Assembly: GCF_964204645.1 (NCBI RefSeq)
Contig: NC_134030.1
Location: 2,460,778-2,524,777 of the forward strand
Source of the DNA: Tubulanus polymorphus
Lineage: Eukaryota; Animalia; Nemertea
Length of the DNA stretch: 64,000 bases
Direction: 5' to 3'
Shown here: in pieces, positions 1 through 11,646 of the stretch
Numbering within the stretch: position 1 is the first letter of the stretch
Layout: every line of letters starts with the position of its first letter
Position numbers and translations under genes: made by a program
The notes under the pieces: model-generated
What the model saw: only the letters and a program-made list of their open reading frames with translations
Told to the model about the DNA's origin: nothing
Database searches by the model: none

Positions 1-1303
1 AAATTTGACACTCATTCTCTCAAAAAACTACAATCTTTCGGACGTATTTCTTCACAAATAAAACCAAGGGCGGAACCACGTGGAACCCCAGTAGAGGCTT
101 TTAACTTCACTGCTTTAAACCAGAAATATGAATTTTCATCCGACCCTGTCTTCAAATTATTTTTTAAGATCCGCCCCTGCGTCCATTGAATCATCGGATT
201 AAATCAGCGATGATGAAATAAAATGTAATTAAAAAATCACTTTGTACAAATTTAAACTCTAAAAAAATCGAATTCTATTAAATCAAAAGATCATTAAATC
301 GAAAAAAAACACGATTATTAATCCGACCCTCACTATTTAAAGATCCTTGTCCGTGTATTTCTTATTCATTATAACGTGTAATTTAATTCAATAAATTGAA
401 GCAAACAAAGTGAAATAAAGGTTTTCGATTTAGTTGTATCTCAAACCTGTATTCTAAAAACACATCACGTAATTTCTACGAAATATGTTTTAAAAACGTG
501 TCCTGGCCGTGTATCAGCGATCCCCCTTTGAACATACCCCATATCTGTTCACATCAAACACGACTAAACGAGGAAGTCAATTATGTTTCTAATTTACTGA
601 ATGTAATTATAACTACGTATGAAGGATCACGTGATGGAGAACGGCGAACGCTTGAAACTCGTTTTGTCTTAGTTTACTGAACGGAAAGTCGTCATCATCA
701 TCAAATTCACGGACGGAAGGAGGCCTGGTGGTGGCCTATTGGTGTCCGGCTCGTTTGTTGATTAGTATTGGTTTAGGTGACAGGGTTTCCATAAAAAGCT
801 CTCTCACTTAATGATATTTCATTACAAATAATTGGTATATTTATTCATTACTAAAACAATAAATTGTTTATAGAGTTGATTAGTTGAATTTTATAAAAGT
901 CTGATCAGTCATAATTAACAGTTTTGGCGTAGTTAATTTGATAAGTCATACACGCTTGATTTCTAGCCATTTTGTAGATTATCTACCAGGAGAAGGTTTT
1001 ATTCGGTCCATAAATACGAGTGTTATTCGTGTTGCTCGTGTTGTTCTGAAAAGGTAAAGGAAGTGCTTGTGGCCCAAGGTGAACGTATCGGCAACCTCTA
1101 TGGAGGTACCAGGATGAATCCCGCCGACATTGTACCACGTTGTATTAAGTCGAATTGAAAATCGCCTGCGGAGTATGCGGGAGTACTTGGCGTTAACGTC
1201 CGGCTTTTAGGGGTAACTTGCGTAGGAAATTGTTTGATAAAAAGTATCCGTAACTTATAGAAGTTTAAAAGTTGCGCTATTGCTATCGCTATTACTAATA
1301 GCC
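1..1303. repeat. Segmental duplicate of the 3' flank of the IFI27-like gene (partner 3752-4594); implies another IFI27-like copy just upstream of the window
   Basis: 1-691 is near-identical to 3752-4443 and 1147-1303 matches 4438-4594; ORF-track entries 12..194/3763..3945 and 498..680/4250..4432 are the same peptides. Confidence 0.9.
692..1146 (-). mobile_element. 5'-truncated non-LTR retroposon fragment with (TGA)n tail and 6-bp TSD
   Basis: Absent from the paralogous copy at ~4443. Flanked by AAGTCG direct repeats (686-691, 1147-1152). Starts with (TCA)4, i.e. a (TGA)n 3' tail on the minus strand. Confidence 0.6.
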
Positions 1304-1458
1304 ACCGGAATGGTGACGGTTATTTCTTTTTTTTGTTGTGTAAATCGAATCGTGTACGATGACGGCAAACTGTAAGAAATTCAACACTGACTTTAAAAAA
1401 TTCAACGCAAACTTTTGAAAAATTCATCTTGGTTATAGAATTAAAAACTAACTGTACG

Positions 1459-1675
1459 ATTGTGAGTTGGTTGTAAGATTGTGAGTTGATTGTAAGATTG
1501 TGAGTTGGTTGTAAGATTGTGAGTTGGTTGTAAGATTGTGAGTTGGTTGTAAGATAGCGAGTTGGTTGTAAGATTGTGAGTTGGTTGTAAGAGTGTGAGT
1601 TGGTTGTAAGATTGTGAGTTGGTTGTAAGATTGTGAGTTGGTTGTAAGATTGTGAGTTGGTTGTAAGATTGCGAG
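1459..1675. repeat. 19-bp minisatellite (ATTGTGAGTTGGTTGTAAG) x~11
   Basis: Directly visible tandem repeat; explains the repetitive ORF 1448..2005. Confidence 0.95.
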
Positions 1676-1826
1676 TACGTTGTTAAAAATGCGATGTAGA
1701 GTTTTTGCTAGGATGGCGTTCCATAAACCCCCTCCCTTCCTAGAGCCTTTAGAACGCCTAGTTATAGCGCAGTACTGTATTGAACGTAATAGTACTATGT
1801 GTACTGTCCAGTTATAGTTCGATCGC

Positions 1827-2393
1827 GGGATTTTCCCGATTCCTCGTATCGAAACCTCGCCTTTCCCGATTCCTCGTATCGAAACCTCGCCTTTCCCGAT
1901 TCCTCGTATCGAAACCTCGCCTTTCCCGATTCCTAGTATACATTCCATATTCGGCGCAAAGTTCAAGTTCAAGTTCCTCCTATCGAAACTTGCCACGTAC
2001 CCCATATGATTAAATCAACGGCTTCTTCCCGAGAACTACAGCAGACAGAAATATTTGTTAAAATCACATTGTGCCCTCTTTGTAAAGTATGTACGCTTTA
2101 AGTTTACCCCTCCCCTCCCCTGCACCCTTTTGCACAGAAACCTCCTCCCTTCTTAGATGCGAACGTATTTCCTAGAGCCTTGTGACGCCTGCGTATTTAT
2201 GGCACAGTACTGCATTGAGCGTGACAGTACTGTGTACCTACGCGTGTATTGTGCAGCAGTATGTTACATATTAGCATCTACTACGATCGCGAGATTTCCC
2301 CAATTCTTCGTATCGAAACCTCGCCTTTCCCGATTCCTCGTATCGAAACTTGCCACGTACCCCATATGATTAAATCAACGGCTTCTTCCCGAG
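1827..2393 (+). promoter_or_regulatory. Duplicated/tandemised putative immune-inducible promoter of the IFI27-like gene
   Basis: GGGATTTTCC (kB consensus) at 1827-1836; 30-bp unit TTTCCCGATTCCTCGTATCGAAACCTCGCC repeated ~3.5x (1832-1935) with further copies at ~2296-2350, each carrying an IRF-like TCGAAAC; TTC-N4-GAA (STAT-like) near 2026. Block ~1730-2033 is duplicated at ~2145-2393. Candidate non-coding first exon ends at 2451 (AG|GTAAGA). Confidence 0.5.
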
Positions 2394-2911
2394 ACGCGAT
2401 ACGTTTTAAGACTCATTTCTGTGATTAAACAGCACGAAGTTTAAAATTAAGGTAAGATAATAGTTTGGACATTTTCGAAATATACACATTGGACAACGGC
2501 TCAATCTGTTTGATATTTAAGCGGAGAGCTTTTTAGCCACTTTTTGTCCGTTCACTTAGTTTGACTGTTAGTACCGGTTCGGTGTGGTCAGACGGTGAAA
2601 ATGAAAATTCTCTGAATTTTTTTACCATCGTTGAATATGGAAATATGGGCTGGACTGTCAAGCAATTCACATAAGCATCAATGGTTTCCCTGAACCCCTA
2701 CTGATTGTTACCTGAGATGTCTCGAGGTGTTACTATAACTACATGGTCTCCCGTGCAACGTTTTGATGCCCAATTTTGTTGATAATCAATTGTGCTAACT
2801 TCGTATATCGTTGATAATGAAAAGAAAAACAAGTTTTTCTGAACAATTTGATAAACGCAGGTCAACTGAACGAAATAACTGATCAAAAAATCGCATTCAA
2901 TTAATTTCAGA

Positions 2912-3617
2912 ATGGAATATATCCTTGGCGGTGTCGTAGCTGTGGTCGCAGCTCCTTTTGTTCTACCAGCGATTGGTTTTACAGCTGCTGGAATCACTGC
3001 TGGGTCCGCCGCTGCATCGATGATGTCAGCAGCTGCAGTGGCTAACGGTGGTGCAGTAGCTGCAGGAAGTACGGTAGCCGTTCTTCAGTCGGCTGGTGCA
3101 GCAGGTACGTATGATTCTGAAAATAATGCATATTAACCGTTACAATACCATTTCAGACTGATTTAATGCTGTTTTAGAAAATCGCGGAAATAAAAACTAG
3201 TCTGAAACGGTTTCTTATAGTTTCAACTTTTCGATTACTCTTTATAGTCAATCTTAGATATATTCCTGAAGATGACCTTAATAAGCAGGGTCCGATCTAA
3301 GGAATGAAATCCACTTGCCCGGGTGGCAATCATATCTGAAATTTCGCTTGTTCACAGACAGTCCGATTGGTGGCACTAGGATATAGTCAAAACTTTGAAA
3401 AACGTATACAAAACATTACCTCAGCAATAAAACCTCCGAAGTTCGAAATCGTCGTTTCTTTTGAGTGTGGAATTTATTACGTGAAGACATTTTGATTTTA
3501 ATTTGATATGCATGTTTTTCAGGTCTTGGTTTAGCGGCTAATGCGGTGGCTGGTGTTACCGGTGCATCGGCTGTTAAAGCTGCAGAGCTTGCTCTGGATA
3601 TCGTGAATGGTGATTAG
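2912..3617 (+). CDS. IFI27/IFI6 (ISG12-family) small hydrophobic protein, 95 aa; exons 2912-3104 and 3523-3617
   Basis: ISG12 motif APFVLPAIGFTAAGITAGSAAASMMSAAAVANGGAVAAGSTVAVLQSAGAAG. Acceptor TTTCAG immediately before the ATG exon; donor GCAG|GTACGT at 3104/3105; acceptor TTTTTCAG at 3522 continues in frame GLGLAANAVAGVTG...VNGD-TAG. Confidence 0.92.
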
Positions 3618-3661
3618 TTTAAATGTCTAACACCTGTTATCTTTAACTAGTTTCCTTGTCG

Positions 3662-3930
3662 CAGGGGCGGATTTGATGGTGCTCTCGGGGATCCAGACCT
3701 CTTTCTTCCCGTTGAGGTTGTTCTTTGTGTCAAGACAAAAAATCTTTCTGCAAATTTGACACTCATTCTCTCAAAAAACTACAATCTTTCGGACGTATTT
3801 CTTCACAAATAAAACCAAGGGCGGAACCACGTGGAACCCCAGTAGAGGCTTTTAACTTCACTGCTTTAAACCAGAAATATGAATTTTCATCCGACCCTGT
3901 CTTCAAATTATTTTTTAAGATCCGCCCCTG
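3662..3930. mobile_element. MITE with CAGGGGCGGAT terminal inverted repeats (hAT-like), in the IFI27-like 3' UTR; partial copy at 1-179
   Basis: CAGGGGCGGAT at 3662 and ATCCGCCCCTG ending at 3930; no clear TSD. Confidence 0.7.
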
Positions 3931-4764
3931 CGTCCATTGAATCATCGGATTAAATCAGCGATGATGAAATAAAATGTAATTAAAAAATCACTTTGTACAA
4001 ATTTAAACTCTAAAAAAATCGAATTCTATTAAATCAAAAGATCATTAAATCGAAAAAAAAACACGATTATTAATCCGACCCTCACTATTTAAAGATCCTT
4101 GTCCGTGTATTTCTTATTCATTATAACGTGTAATTTAATTCAATAAATTGAAGCAAACAAAGTGAAATAAAGGTTTTCGATTTAGTTGTATCTCAAACCT
4201 GTATTCTAAAAACACATCACGTAATTTCTACGAAATATGTTTTAAAAACGTGTCCTGGCCGTGTATCAGCGATCCCCCTTTGAACATACCCCATATCTGT
4301 TCACATCAAACACGACTAAACGAGGAAGTCAATTATGTTTCTCATTTACTGAATGTAATTATAACTACGTATGAAGGATCACGTGATGGAGAACGGCGAA
4401 CGCTTGAAACTCGTTTTGTCTTAGATTACTGAACGGAAAGTCGAATTGTAAATCGCCTGCGGACTATGCGGGAGTACTTGGCGTTAACGTCCGGCTTTTA
4501 TGGGTAACTTGCGTAGGAAACCGTTTGATAAAAAGTATCCGTAACTTATAGAAGTTTAAAAGTTGCGCTATAGCTATCGCTATTACTAATAGCCTTGAAA
4601 CACTTCTAACGATCAACCCTCGGGCAAGAAACGAGAAAATGCACTTTCACAATTATTCAATTAACTCTTTTTGTTTTGCGTCGAGAATGAAAACGTCACT
4701 TTCGCAGTGGTTCAGATATCTCTGAACGATGAATTTTTCATGCAATTTTTTGATGAATGGGGCC

Positions 4765-4865
4765 CTCTCCTCTCCTCTCTCCTATTCTCCCCTTCTCCCT
4801 CCTCTCTCCTCCCTCCTCTCCTCCCTCCTCTCTTCTCTCCTCTCTCCTCTTCTCTCTCCTCTCCT
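4765..4865. repeat. CT-rich low-complexity tract
   Basis: (CTCTC/CTCCT)n run; source of several spurious ORFs. Confidence 0.9.
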
Positions 4866-6382
4866 ATACCGGAATGATGACGTTTTTTTCTTTTTTGTGT
4901 CGTGTAAATTTGCATTTCCTGCGCGCGATAATTCCTCGTGGCGCTTGGCATCGCACACTTTATACACACACTTTAAAACGATTCGATCATTCGGCGCTAG
5001 TCAGCGCCAACGTCAAATATAGTTTACATTAGTAGAATTGACGACGACATTCAATTCTAACGGATTGACGTTATATAAACGTGGTTTATTTGAGAACAAG
5101 ACGCGTAAGGGTTGCGAATCGCTTTTCGGGCTGAAAGTGAAATAGTATTTACTCTGTCATTGCGTGTTTACCCGCGCTCAGGCGACGACCAACATTCTGG
5201 CAATATCGTGTTTTTTTAAATTCTAATACGCGCAAAGAGTGATGATTTGAGTTGGGATTTATGCAGGTATTGGAGTCGCCCTCTTTCAGGCATCTACGCA
5301 TGTTAGAAGTCTTGATCAGGAACTCCTGATAAAGATAATGTCCAGTGGAACGGAGAACCTCACGGGACCTTCGTGTATTTGTATTCTCATCTTAACGTTT
5401 CTTTTGTGTCTAAATTAATTTCAATTCAAAAAGTATCCGATGTCTGAGTTAGGTGCAGGGTTCAGGCTGAGGGGAATAAGTGCTGAGGGTTGCGGGTCCT
5501 GCCAGCCGGTCGATATCTGCGTTAGAATTACAACAAAAACTCGTGAAATCATGCGTCGTGAGGCTAGGAGGGGCTGGTGGAAGCGAGTTCGGGGAACGAT
5601 ACCGAACCCCTGGCAAGCGAGCATAAATAGTCGCATTTCTGCATCGAGAATCGAGAAGCAAGTGGGTTCGAGTCCCTAATTCATGAGATCGAATAATATT
5701 CGTCTCCGAGATGTTGTTATTGTTGACGCGTGGACTCGCGATTAACAGACGACAGTAAAACCTCGTGTGGGTATCCCGCGGTTAGAAACTACCGGTGAAA
5801 ATTACAGGCAGCGACGCCTGAAACCGCACACGAAAATTACACCGCAGTTTCTATAACAGAGACACTGCACGCAGAAACGTCCAACAGTCTAATTAGAGAT
5901 GTATCATTGCGCGACTTCCGCCTAATAATCTACTATTAATACGCGTCGGAAAAATACTCGATCGATTAGAGAGTGAGAGAGGGGAGCGGGCAGATGCCTC
6001 GAAGGTATTTGAGAGAAAATAACCGCTCTCACTTCCTACTGTGTTTACATATCGTGCGTCAGAACGAACAATATCCGACGACAATAATCGCTCACAAAAT
6101 GCGCATTTAGGCTACAAATATTGATACCTCGTTTCTCTGCTCTCATTTCTGCTGAGCTTAAAGTTTGACGCGGCCAGCTGCCTATATCTTACCTTCCTTT
6201 TTTAAATCGTGATCAAGCTAACAATAACCGTCCCGGATCAGTTATAGTAATGAAATTTATAAAATGTTATTGCATTTAGCAAAATGACCCGGACGATCAG
6301 GAGAAACAAAGTGTCATTTTTTAGCCTAAAAATATTCACCGTGGTCGGTATTGTTGTCTGTTACGTGGAACTGAGGAGTGAC

Positions 6383-6405
6383 GACACGTGACCGGAAACG
6401 GAAGT
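6383..6405. promoter_or_regulatory. Candidate core promoter (E-box plus tandem ETS sites), possibly driving a minus-strand non-coding first exon with a donor near 6192
   Basis: CACGTGACCGGAAACGGAAGT; on the minus strand GGAAG|GTAAGA lies ~200 bp downstream. No coding exons could be assigned. Confidence 0.35.
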
Positions 6406-6561
6406 TAAGTCGATGAGTGACGACGTTCATGCATTCTTTATCTTCTCGATTTTCGATTGAAAAATAAATATTCATGAAATGCAGAATATTCCGTTTAAAG
6501 CGCGAACAAGTTTAATTATCAATCGTGGATACGTTGAATTACACTCTCCTCGGCCAGTTCC

Positions 6562-7117
6562 CCTCAGCCTGTTGTCTGTACCTCTCAGCCTGCAGCCTGC
6601 ACCACCGTCAGCCTGTTGTCTGTACCTCCAAGCCTGCAGCCTGCACCACCGTCAGCCTGTTGTCTGTACCCCTCAGCCTGCAGCCTGCACTACCGTCAGC
6701 CTGTTGTCTGTACCTCTCAGCCTGCAGCCTGCACCACCGTCAGCCTGTTGTCTGTACCTCTAAGCCTGCAGCCTGCACCACCGTCAGCCTGTTGTCTGTA
6801 CCCCTCAGCCTGCAGCCTGCACCACCGTCAGCCTGTTGTCTGTACCCCTCAGCCCGCAGCCTGCACCACCGTCAGCCCGTTGTCTGTACCTCTCAGCCTG
6901 CAGCCTGCACCACCGTCAGCCCGTTGCCTGTACCCCTCAGCCTGCAGCCTGCACCACCGTCAGCCTGTTGTCTGTACCCCTCAGCCTGCAGCCTGCACCA
7001 CCGTCAGCCCGTTGCCTGTACCCCTCAGCCTGCAGCCTGCACCACCGTCAGCCTGTTGCCTGTACCCTGCAGCCTGCACCACCGTCAGCCCGTTGCCTGT
7101 ACCCCTCAGCCTGCACC
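6562..7117. repeat. 44-bp GC-rich minisatellite x~12.5
   Basis: Unit CCTCAGCCTGCAGCCTGCACCACCGTCAGCCTGTTGTCTGTACC; period 44 measured at 6571/6615/6659. Confidence 0.95.
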
Positions 7118-7259
7118 CCTTCTCTCAGTTTATAGTTCATTTTCAATCAAAAATGTCGCGGGTTAAGACTGTAAAACACATGTGAAGTGTGAATGATCAA
7201 AACTAGAGAAGAAAGTATTGAATGTTTCTGCTGTAGATGTTGAGACAGCGAGGAAGGGC

Positions 7260-7580
7260 AGATATTAGATATTTTATCAGCACAAAAACTGAAGAACTGA
7301 TCGTCCACACTTATGTGTGTAGCACTTCACCTGGGATATCTTTAATTGAAAATGAACTACATTAGACATTTTATCAGCGCACTTTCAAAAACAGAAAACT
7401 GAACATCCACTTTTCACTTGCAGGATTTCACCTGAGACATTTTTAATAGGAAATGAACTACAAACACCAGACATTAGACATTTTATCAGCTCATTTTCAA
7501 AAACTGATCGTTCACACTTCACATGTGTTCAGTACTTCACTTGAGACACGTTTAATTTCTAATTGATAATGAACTACATC
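7260..7580. repeat. Degenerate ~100-bp tandem repeat x3
   Basis: Recurring ATTAGACATTTTATCAGC ... CACTTCACCTG ... AATGAACTAC blocks. Confidence 0.6.
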
Positions 7581-8118
7581 TGAAGTCTGTGGTTTCATGC
7601 TACAGGTTGATAGAATGAATCCTGTATTAGATCATGGTTAGATTAACAAAACAAATTCAATATCAGTTCATAAACTGAGAAGATCTGAATAAGAGAATCT
7701 AATGAGAGCAATGAGAAAAATAAACACTAAAATCTCGGCGTAATTTTTATGCACTCGCAGATAAATTGCCGTAGTTTGCAGACTTTGCGACAGCGAATGA
7801 TATACACACGTCTGAGAGGTTGTTCCCCGGATTAATGGAATATCGATGTCGTCTATTGATGTCACATATACATCGGAATTCACTATCTAAAAATCATCTT
7901 CTCTTCTTCACGTACGAGATTGTGGACACATGCAAATTCATTGCAGATACATAAACTGCCATTCGGAGCCAGATCAATCATAGAAATTTATCTTTGTTTT
8001 TTTTAATGAAAATTAACTAATTTTACTCAAACGAAAGGTATGGTCACGACGCAGAAGAACTGAGACTATATAGTGGCACAGTCATGGTTATAATCAGTCT
8101 AATACCAATCTAAGCTCT

Positions 8119-8256
8119 GGCTCCAGTTGCACAGTAGTGACTTAAGTCCAAAAGTGGTCTTAGATTTTAAGACTGGTCTTAAGTTGTTGGATTGGCTATA
8201 GGCCTAAGTTGGCCTTAGACTGGTCTTAAGTCAGTCATGACTATGGAACCGACCCC
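8119..8256. mobile_element. PIF/Harbinger-like MITE (degenerate); related copies at 9858-10000, ~11650-11825 and ~49632-49745
   Basis: Imperfect TIRs GG..C(A/G)GTTGCA(C/T)AGT ... ACTATG(C/G)AAC.G.CC with internal CTTAAGAC/GTCTTAAG subrepeats. Confidence 0.6.
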
Positions 8257-8679
8257 TGAAGACTTAGTTGATCTAGAGCTAATCCAGCAACTTTAAAACC
8301 AGTTTAAGATTATTTTGGCTCTATAGCCAATTTAACAATTTGACGCAAGTCTCAAGATTTAAAACCAACTTTGGTCGTATGTCCTGGCTATTGAGTCCGC
8401 CGGTCTACAAGTCGAGCTCAATCGACAACCACTAAAGCGGATCTTAGAATATGTCTTCAGTAGAATGTATGGTTATTCTGTGGTAGTAAATATCGCCACT
8501 CAGGGACTGAACCGCCCGCGGGCTTCACAAAACCGTTTCATCGTCTCTGCGCGTATAGAAATTGTCTTAATGACACGCGTAACAAAATTCCATCTACAAA
8601 ACTAAATCTGATATTGATACTTTAAAACGTGTCTTTGCAAAAGTGAGACATCTAAACAGTGAAGCTATACCCTCTACCC

Positions 8680-9222
8680 AACCCGCTCTACCCGTGTTAC
8701 CCGCTCTACCCGTGTTACCCGCTCTACCCGTGTTACCCGCTCTACCCGTGTTACCCACCTTACCCGTGTTACCCGCTCTACCCGTGTTACCCACCTTACC
8801 CGTGTTACCCGCTCTACCCGTGTTACCCGCTCTACCCGTGTTACCCGCTCTACCCGTGTTACCCGCTCTACCCGTGTTACCCGCTCTACCCGTGTTACCC
8901 GCTCTGCCCGTGTTACCCGCTCTACCCGTGTTACCCGCTCTACCCGTGTTACCCGCTCTACCCGTGTTACCCGCTCTACCCGTGTTACCCGCTCTACCCG
9001 TGTTACCCGCTCTACCCGTGTTACCCGCTCTACCCGCTCTACCCGTGTTACCCGCTCTACCCGTGTTACCCGCTCTACCCGTGTTACCCGCTCTACCCGT
9101 GTCACCCGCTCTACCCGTGTTACCCGCTCTACCCGTGTTACCCGCTCTACCCGTGTTACCCGCTCTACCCGTGTTACCCGCTCTACCCGTGTTACCCGCT
9201 CTACCCGTGTTACCCGCTCTAC
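8680..9222. repeat. 18-bp minisatellite (CCCGCTCTACCCGTGTTA) x~30
   Basis: Directly visible; two 9-bp subunits; explains the LPVLPA, YPCYPL and RVERVT ORFs. Confidence 0.97.
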
Positions 9223-9857
9223 CAGCACCGAGTCATCACGTTGACCAGGTTTATTTACAGTCGCTGAGAACCTATTTAAGATTGAGTAAATGTCAAGAGA
9301 ACAGCGAGAGAGAGAGAAATACGCGTTAAAAGCGATGAGATATCTCAAAAAGCTTTTAGCCGGTAATACAATCTTCTCTCGACTCCATTTGGAATCGAAA
9401 GAAATGAAACAGAAAACAAAATGAACGCGGGTCGTTTCCGCACAGGAAACGAGAGAACTGTAGGGGGCTACGACCTGATGAAAGGTATCCCGCATCAAAC
9501 GTAAGACAATGTGATACAAAGATGCGTAAATGGTTTCGCAGCGTGCAGGCTGCAAAATGTCTCATCTCGCTGTGGAATCATCGAGAGACTGACGGCACGG
9601 CGGCCTAACTCTGTCAGGTTCGAATCCCTGCCGAGAGAGGATGCATATCCGCATTCAGAAATCGTCCGTTCTTTAATTAACGGTATAACTATGAATAACG
9701 ATACATGTTCTAGGTTCCTCGTTGTAAAATTTCAAGTGTTTTAATTCGATTTATCTTCATTCGTAACAATGTTACAAGTTTGAAATAGAAAAAAAAGGTC
9801 GAAAAGCAAAAAATAACAGTATTGTAACAATTTGTATTGTGACAAAAAGTCCAGCTA

Positions 9858-10000
9858 GGGCCGGTTGCATAGTCATGGCTTAGACTTAAGACCAGTCTAA
9901 GACCAATTTAGTTCTATAGCCAATCTGACATCTTAAGATCAGTCTTAAGATTTAAGACCACTTTTGGACTTAAGTCTTGACTATGCAACTAACTGGGGCC
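9858..10000. mobile_element. PIF/Harbinger-like MITE, inverted relative to 8119-8256
   Basis: TIRs GGGCCGGTTGCATAGTCA ... TGACTATGCAAT-like end with GGCC. Confidence 0.7.
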
Positions 10001-10301
10001 GAGTAACTATAGACATAAAGATTTAAGGGAGATGGTTGTATAAGGGAGGTTGCACTAATTATGATCATGAATATTAATGAGTATAATAGACTTTCCCAGA
10101 TTGTTAATGAAAGATAGAAAGAGGAAGGAGCAACAGAAAAACGAAATGGAATGAAATATTTACAGGTAATGAGGTATAGTTGTACTATGTAGAGATAGTT
10201 AATACAATGGCGTAGTATAGTATCACACAGCGCCTGGACGTCTTGTATGGGCGGCCATTCCCGCCAAAAATCAGCGTTTCGTCTATTTTTCTGTACTTCG
10301 A

Positions 10302-11646
10302 CAAAATGTCATAGTACACCGCCAAAATGTGTTAGCGTAACGTCAAATTGTGTAATGCGGCTAAATAACACAGGAGGGCGAGACTGTACGGACACTATTT
10401 TGCGGTATTTTTCTCGCATTGCGATCATCTCAAGGTCGTTTTATTGAAATAATTTTGCGAGTATCAAATCGACAAATCGTATCATATTCCCTAAACCCTA
10501 TAAAATGATTTTATTGTTACTTTAGTTAGTTAATACTATAATATATAGTAATAATGTACGGTAAAATAGCGGAAGTAAATACTTTGCCGTAAACCTATGG
10601 AAGCCCTGAGACAACATCTTGAGTTCATGAGTTCCGAGTTCATAACTTCCTGAGTTCTCAAGTTCATGAGTTCGTCTAATGAAAAAAGCCTGCGATACCG
10701 AAACGTCGAATGTAAACACGATGCTCTATCAAAGACCCGCGTCTCAGGCTCAGACGACACTGAATAACCAGCGATTAATGGTATGTTGAAGGGCGCCTCC
10801 GTTCCTCCTCTGGTAGGTAGCTCGGATTTTCTGTGCGCGGGCTAGAGAGAAGGGTGACTCCGATTAACCGGTGACTCTCGATGAATCTGCTCGGGTTTTA
10901 ATGCTGAAAAAGATAACAAACGCTCGTTATGAGAAATTTTTAAACATCTATTTATTTTCTATAAACCATTAAGAAAGCTGATGTCTGATGATAGACTGGT
11001 TGCCGGTCGACTTCATATGACTGCCAGTGCAGAATTGGGCACAGTCAACCAGTCTTGGTTGATGCTGGACATCATTTTTTTAGTTAATTCATGACGTAAT
11101 CGGATTTAACATCCTTATAATAGGATTCTTTATGTCGCATAATTTCATAGTGTTGTACATGCCCAAATAAACTCGAAATATCTTCACCAAGAATCTTAGT
11201 GTCTGATGTACCACAGTGGTACCACAGTTGGTTACACTAGGATCGTAGAGCGACGGAGATCACTGGTGGAGACAACCACTGCCAGTGCTGGGTGAAGAAA
11301 TATCATAAACTCTGGAAGTTATGAACTTGGGAACTCATGAACCCAAGGTGTCGTCTCAGGGCTTCCATATAGGGCCTCCATACCTGAGACGACATCTTGA
11401 GTTTATGAGTTCCGAGTTAACTAATAAAGTAATAATAAATTCATTTTATTGGGTTTAGGGAATATGATACGATTTGTCGATTTGATACTCGCAAAATTAT
11501 TTCAATGAGACGACCTTGAGATGATCGCAAAGCGAGAAAAATACCGCAAAATACTGTCCGTACAGTGTCGCCCCCTGTGTTATTTAGCCGCATTACACAA
11601 TTTGACGTTACGCTTACACATTTTGGCGGTGTACTATGACATTTTG
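10302..11646. mobile_element. Large foldback structure: ~230-bp outer inverted arms (10302-10533 / 11416-11646) enclosing a TIR element 10596-11369
   Basis: Outer arms are reverse complements; the inner element has TATGGAAGCCCTGAGAC ... GTCTCAGGGCTTCCATA ends with GAGTTCAT subrepeats. Confidence 0.75.

Noticed and set aside
1448-2013. 185-aa and 77-aa ORFs
   Set aside because: Products of the 19-bp and 30-bp tandem repeats.
5655-5680. tRNA or SINE B-box (GGGTTCGAGTCCC)
   Set aside because: No A-box or cloverleaf could be built around it.
6479-9555. Long ORFs with PPSACC, LPVLPA, YPCYPL or RVERVT repeats
   Set aside because: They are translations of the 44-bp and 18-bp minisatellites, open in several frames, with no supporting gene structure.
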